NCBI GenBank assembly: GCA_046758745.1
Contig: JBHIAV010000006.1
Coordinates: forward strand, 33,608 to 97,607
Reading direction: 5' to 3'
DNA from: Gemmatimonadota bacterium
Lineage (GTDB): Bacteria > Gemmatimonadota > Gemmatimonadetes > Palauibacterales > Palauibacteraceae
DNA length: 64,000 nt
Shown here: piece by piece, positions 61,000-64,000 of the stretch
Position numbering within the stretch: position 1 is the first letter of the stretch
How the letters are laid out: each line of letters begins with the position of its first letter
Translations under genes and position numbers: made by a program
The notes under the pieces: generated by a model
Seen by the model: the letters and a program-made list of their open reading frames with translations, nothing else
Told to the model about the DNA's origin: nothing
The model's database searches: none

Positions 61000-61271
61000 G
61001 ACCTCACTCCCCTTTCGCCGTGCAGGCTTTTCCCCTCAGCAGTTCTGGTGCTGCTGTTCTACCTAGATAAACAGAAGTAGTAGTAGAGGGCGTGGAAATG
61101 TGTATAGCCGGGCTGACGGGTGCCAGGGACCCGCACGTCGACACGTATTCGTCTACCCCCGCCTCCTGTGGATTGCGCGGCGAAAGCAGCCTGCCTCTCC
61201 ACGGCCTTTCCGGATGGTATCTCTGAGCCAGGCCGCCGGATCGCCCGTCAACATCCTATCAACACATGCCT
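61000..61271. other. oriC: Replication origin oriC (dnaA-dnaN intergenic)
   Basis: DnaA-trio run CAG AAG TAG TAG TAG (61072-61086), GC spacer, tandem DnaA-box-like CGTGGAAAT/TGTGTATAG (61091-61107), plus TGTGGATTG (61167-61175) and CTATCAACA (61256-61264). Confidence 0.8.
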
Positions 61272-62645
61272 TCAACGGATCAAGTCATCTTGAATGCGTC
61301 GCACCCGTGATCGGAACTCCGAATCACTCGCCATCTCTGCCTCCACCTTGTTGACAGAGTGGATGACTGTCGAGTGATCTCGCCCTCCGAACAGCTTCCC
61401 GATCTCCGTGAAGGGAAGGTCGAGCATAGTCTTGATCAGGTACATGGCCACCTGTCGAGGCACGGTGAGGGTCTTCGTTCGGCGCTTGGATAGGAGCGCG
61501 TCGACGGATACGGACCATGCCTCCGCTGTCAGCTGTCGAATCTCCTCAGCCGTGATGCGGGTGGTCTCGTCCTCCTCCTGCTGTGGGCCCAGGGCCTCGC
61601 GAGCGAGCTCCAGGGACATCTCGCGGCGCGTAAGAGAGCTGTAGGCGAGAAGCTTGATCACCGCCCCTTCAAGCTGACGGACCGAGGTTCTTCGATTCCG
61701 AGCGATGAACTCGATCACATCGTCCCCGATAATCAGGTTGTCCTCGGCCGCCTTCTTCTGGAGGATTGCCACGCGTGTCTCGAAGTCGGGTGGCTTGATG
61801 TCGGTGACGAGTCCCCACTCGAAGCGCGATACGAGTCGCTCCTGCAGGCCGGGAATCTCCGGCGGCGGTCGGTCGCTCGTGATGACGATCTGCTTCTGGG
61901 CATCATACAGCGAGTTGAACGTGTGGAAGAACTCTTCCTGAGTCCCTTCCTTGTTACCCAGGAAATGCACGTCGTCGACCAGAAGCACGTCGATCCACCG
62001 ATAGCGCTGCCGGAAATCGGCGGTGCGTCCGCTCTGGATGGCCGCGATCATCTCGTTCGTGAACTGCTCCGAGGGGATGTATGCGACCCTCCGTTGGGGT
62101 GACTCCGCCAGGATCGCGTGCCCGATCGCGTGCATGAGGTGGGTCTTTCCGAGACCGGTGTCGCCGTACACGAAGAGAGGGTTGTAGGCGTGCCCCGGGG
62201 CATCCGCCACGCGCTGGCAGGCCGCCGCGGCGAGCTGATTGTTGCTCCCGATGACGAATCGCTCGAAGGTGTAGCGCTCGTTCAGGCCGGCAGCCGACCA
62301 GCTACGCTCGAAGGGCACTGCGGCCTGCGGCGGCAATCGCTGGCGCTCCTCGTCCTCGCGCGAGTGGATCTCCGGAAACTCCAGACGGTCGGCGGCCCCG
62401 TGGTGTTCGAACTGGAGCTTGAGCGGCCTGCCGAGCGTGCGTGAGGCGAGGTCACGCAGCAGCCCACCGTATTTGTCCTCGATCCACTCCACGGCGAACT
62501 TGGTCGGCGCGCCGACGACGAGCGTCTCGTCCGACAGAGCGACCGCTTCGGTGGAGGAGAGCCAGGTTCGAAACGTCTGCTCGGGGAGTACCTCCTTCGC
62601 CGCCTCCGTTATGGAGGACCAGACTTCGCTAGCCGTCAGTTCCAT
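61272..62645 (-). CDS. dnaA: Chromosomal replication initiator DnaA
   Basis: YTFERFVIG, YNPLFVYG.TGLGKTHL, TQEEFFHTFN, GGRDHSTV. Confidence 0.98.
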   Translation of the reverse strand: MELTASEVWSSITEAAKEVLPEQTFRTWLSSTEAVALSDETLVVGAPTKFAVEWIEDKYGGLLRDLASRTLGRPLKLQFEHHGAADRLEFPEIHSREDEERQRLPPQAAVPFERSWSAAGLNERYTFERFVIGSNNQLAAAACQRVADAPGHAYNPLFVYGDTGLGKTHLMHAIGHAILAESPQRRVAYIPSEQFTNEMIAAIQSGRTADFRQRYRWIDVLLVDDVHFLGNKEGTQEEFFHTFNSLYDAQKQIVITSDRPPPEIPGLQERLVSRFEWGLVTDIKPPDFETRVAILQKKAAEDNLIIGDDVIEFIARNRRTSVRQLEGAVIKLLAYSSLTRREMSLELAREALGPQQEEDETTRITAEEIRQLTAEAWSVSVDALLSKRRTKTLTVPRQVAMYLIKTMLDLPFTEIGKLFGGRDHSTVIHSVNKVEAEMASDSEFRSRVRRIQDDLIR

Positions 62646-62697
62646 GCACGGGCTGTTCGTAGTGTCCGGTTAGCCGGGAGGAGGCTCGGGGGCGACC

Positions 62698-62726
62698 ATT
62701 CTAGATACCGCGTTCGGGCGTGTCAA
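62698..62726 (-). promoter_or_regulatory. dnaA promoter
   Basis: Minus strand TTGACA-17 nt-TAGAAT, near-consensus. Confidence 0.8.
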
Positions 62727-62800
62727 CGACTGATCGAAGAAAACGCGCAGGTGACGGATGGGAAAGCGCGGTGCGAAAGGAGCGGGTCACTCGGCCGGGT

Positions 62801-62829
62801 TTGACAATGCCGTGAAGTAGGTCTAGGCT
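62801..62829 (+). promoter_or_regulatory. rpmH operon promoter
   Basis: TTGACA-17 nt-TAGGCT. Confidence 0.7.
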
Positions 62830-62897
62830 TAAAGATTCTGTTATTTAAAAGTTTTATTGCATGAGCGGAAACGACCGCGACAGCGAGCGATCACACG

Positions 62898-63065
62898 ATG
62901 CAACCGACGTATAGAAAGCCGACGAATCGGAAGCGGTTGAGGGACCACGGCTTTCGCGCCCGAATGAAGTCGAAGGCCGGTCGAAAGGTGTTGGCCAGGC
63001 GCCGGCAGAAGGGACGCCGCCGCCTTACAGTCAGCGACCGGACTCACCGCAAACGGCGGCGCTGA
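62898..63065 (+). CDS. rpmH: 50S ribosomal protein L34 (missing from the ORF track)
   Basis: [55 protein letters not shown]. Confidence 0.95.
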   Translation: MQPTYRKPTNRKRLRDHGFRARMKSKAGRKVLARRRQKGRRRLTVSDRTHRKRRR

Positions 63066-63096
63066 CGGCACGGAAGATGACCCGGGGCGCCCGTCG

Positions 63097-63477
63097 GTGT
63101 CGGTGAACGGTGCCGAGCGCTTCCCGCGTCGGGCGCGGATCCGGCGCGATCTGCAGATCCGGTCGCTGGTCCGGAGGGGGAAGCGTCGGCAGTGCGGTCC
63201 GTTCGACCTTTATGTGGCCGGCTCGGCGGGCGGACGGCCGCGCGTCGGACTCGTCGTGCCGACCTTCGGTCGGAGCAAGGCCGAGCGAAACCGGCTGAAG
63301 CGCGTACTGCGGGAGCTGCTTCGTCGGGAATGGCTGGCAGCGGCGTGGCGCGTCCCGCTCTGCGTCGATCTCCTGCTCCGGGCGCGCCCCGCCGCCTACG
63401 AGGCGTCGTTCGCCGAGCTGCGCGCGGCTCTGCTTGCCTGCATGCCCCGTGATCATCCATCCGGCGATGGGAGCTGA
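63097..63477 (+). CDS. rnpA: Ribonuclease P protein component
   Basis: RVGLVV, KAERNRLKRVLRE (RNR motif); follows rpmH. Confidence 0.9.
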   Translation: MSVNGAERFPRRARIRRDLQIRSLVRRGKRRQCGPFDLYVAGSAGGRPRVGLVVPTFGRSKAERNRLKRVLRELLRREWLAAAWRVPLCVDLLLRARPAAYEASFAELRAALLACMPRDHPSGDGS

Positions 63478-63787
63478 CGTGCTCGAGCGTGTCATCGTCG
63501 CGTCGATCCGCTTCTATCAGGCGGCCGTTTCGCCGCTCCTCCCGGGAAGCTGCCGGTACACACCGAGCTGCTCGGAGTACGCCCGTATCGCGGTCCGCCG
63601 GTTCGGTGCGGCGAAGGGAGGTTGGCTCGCCGTCCGTCGGCTGGCGCGCTGCCACCCGTTCGGTGGCTTCGGACCCGACCCGGTTCCTCCAGCGCGAGTG
63701 CCGGGGCCACGGGCCGAGACGGAAGTGGCCGGAACGGCACGCCTCGCGAGGGGAGTGAGACGGAGAGGACCTGTGGGGGGGCGTTGA
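63467..63787 (+). CDS. yidD: Membrane protein insertion efficiency factor
   Basis: FYQ..VSPL...SCRYTPSCSEY, RCHPF..G.DPVP. Confidence 0.93.
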   Translation: MGADVLERVIVASIRFYQAAVSPLLPGSCRYTPSCSEYARIAVRRFGAAKGGWLAVRRLARCHPFGGFGPDPVPPARVPGPRAETEVAGTARLARGVRRRGPVGGR

Positions 63788-63807
63788 AGAAGGGGACGAT
63801 GGGATAG

Positions 63808-64000
63808 ATGGAGAAACGCTTGGTTCTGGCGGTGGTCCTTATGATCGCCGTCATCTTCCTCACCAACATCCTCTTTCCACCGATCGCGCCGCCGCCGAGG
63901 GGACCGGGCCCGAGCGGGGAGACCATCCCGAGCCCGCCGGGGGAGACCATCCCGGGCCGGACGGGGGAAACCATCCCGGGCCAGACGGCCCGGGGCACTC
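63808..64000 (+). CDS. yidC: Membrane protein insertase YidC, N-terminal part (runs off window)
   Basis: MEKRLVLAVVLMIAVIFLTNILFPP; conserved position after yidD. Confidence 0.85.
   Translation, partial: MEKRLVLAVVLMIAVIFLTNILFPPIAPPPRGPGPSGETIPSPPGETIPGRTGETIPGQTARGT
63916..63987 (+). repeat. 24-nt in-frame tandem repeat x3 (GETIP[S/G]xx) in the yidC linker
   Basis: GGGGAGACCATCCCG... units start at 63916, 63940 and 63964. Confidence 0.85.

Overview
Very GC-rich bacterial chromosomal window, probably Gemmatimonadota (inferred from gene content and order, e.g. the GWxTD protein and the genes after dnaN; not verified). The right end is the replication origin region: dnaN-oriC-dnaA divergent from rpmH-rnpA-yidD-yidC. 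The rest is mostly core and envelope genes: a molybdo-hydroxylase 2Fe-2S subunit, tatA-like, HNH nuclease, priA, an HDAC/M24-peptidase/GvpL-F/dipeptide-epimerase operon, a sigma-70 factor, a PP2C phosphatase, an HD hydrolase and polA. A long minus-strand run follows (gcvH-gcvPA-hydrolase-gcvPB-lipoate ligase-2x OppA-OppBCDF-ExbB-TonB receptor-GWxTD-Slt-Csp-polA), then a Ni transporter, an EAL/HDOD protein, an ABC exporter, and a VWA/AAA+ pair split by dapF-mutY. I found no rRNA, tRNA, CRISPR or transposase. The most unusual element is an apparent standalone structured transcript at about 45054-45300, with a 16-nt perfect complement to the 16S rRNA 3' end in front of a 22-codon ORF. Also notable: a maeB pseudogene with a large internal deletion, polA and oppB apparently needing CTG starts, tiny ORFs bridging genes, an orphan Phd/YefM protein, a small basic protein ending in an SsrA-like ALAA, and MutY with an intact Nudix box. 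Product calls come from motif recognition by eye; no searches were run.
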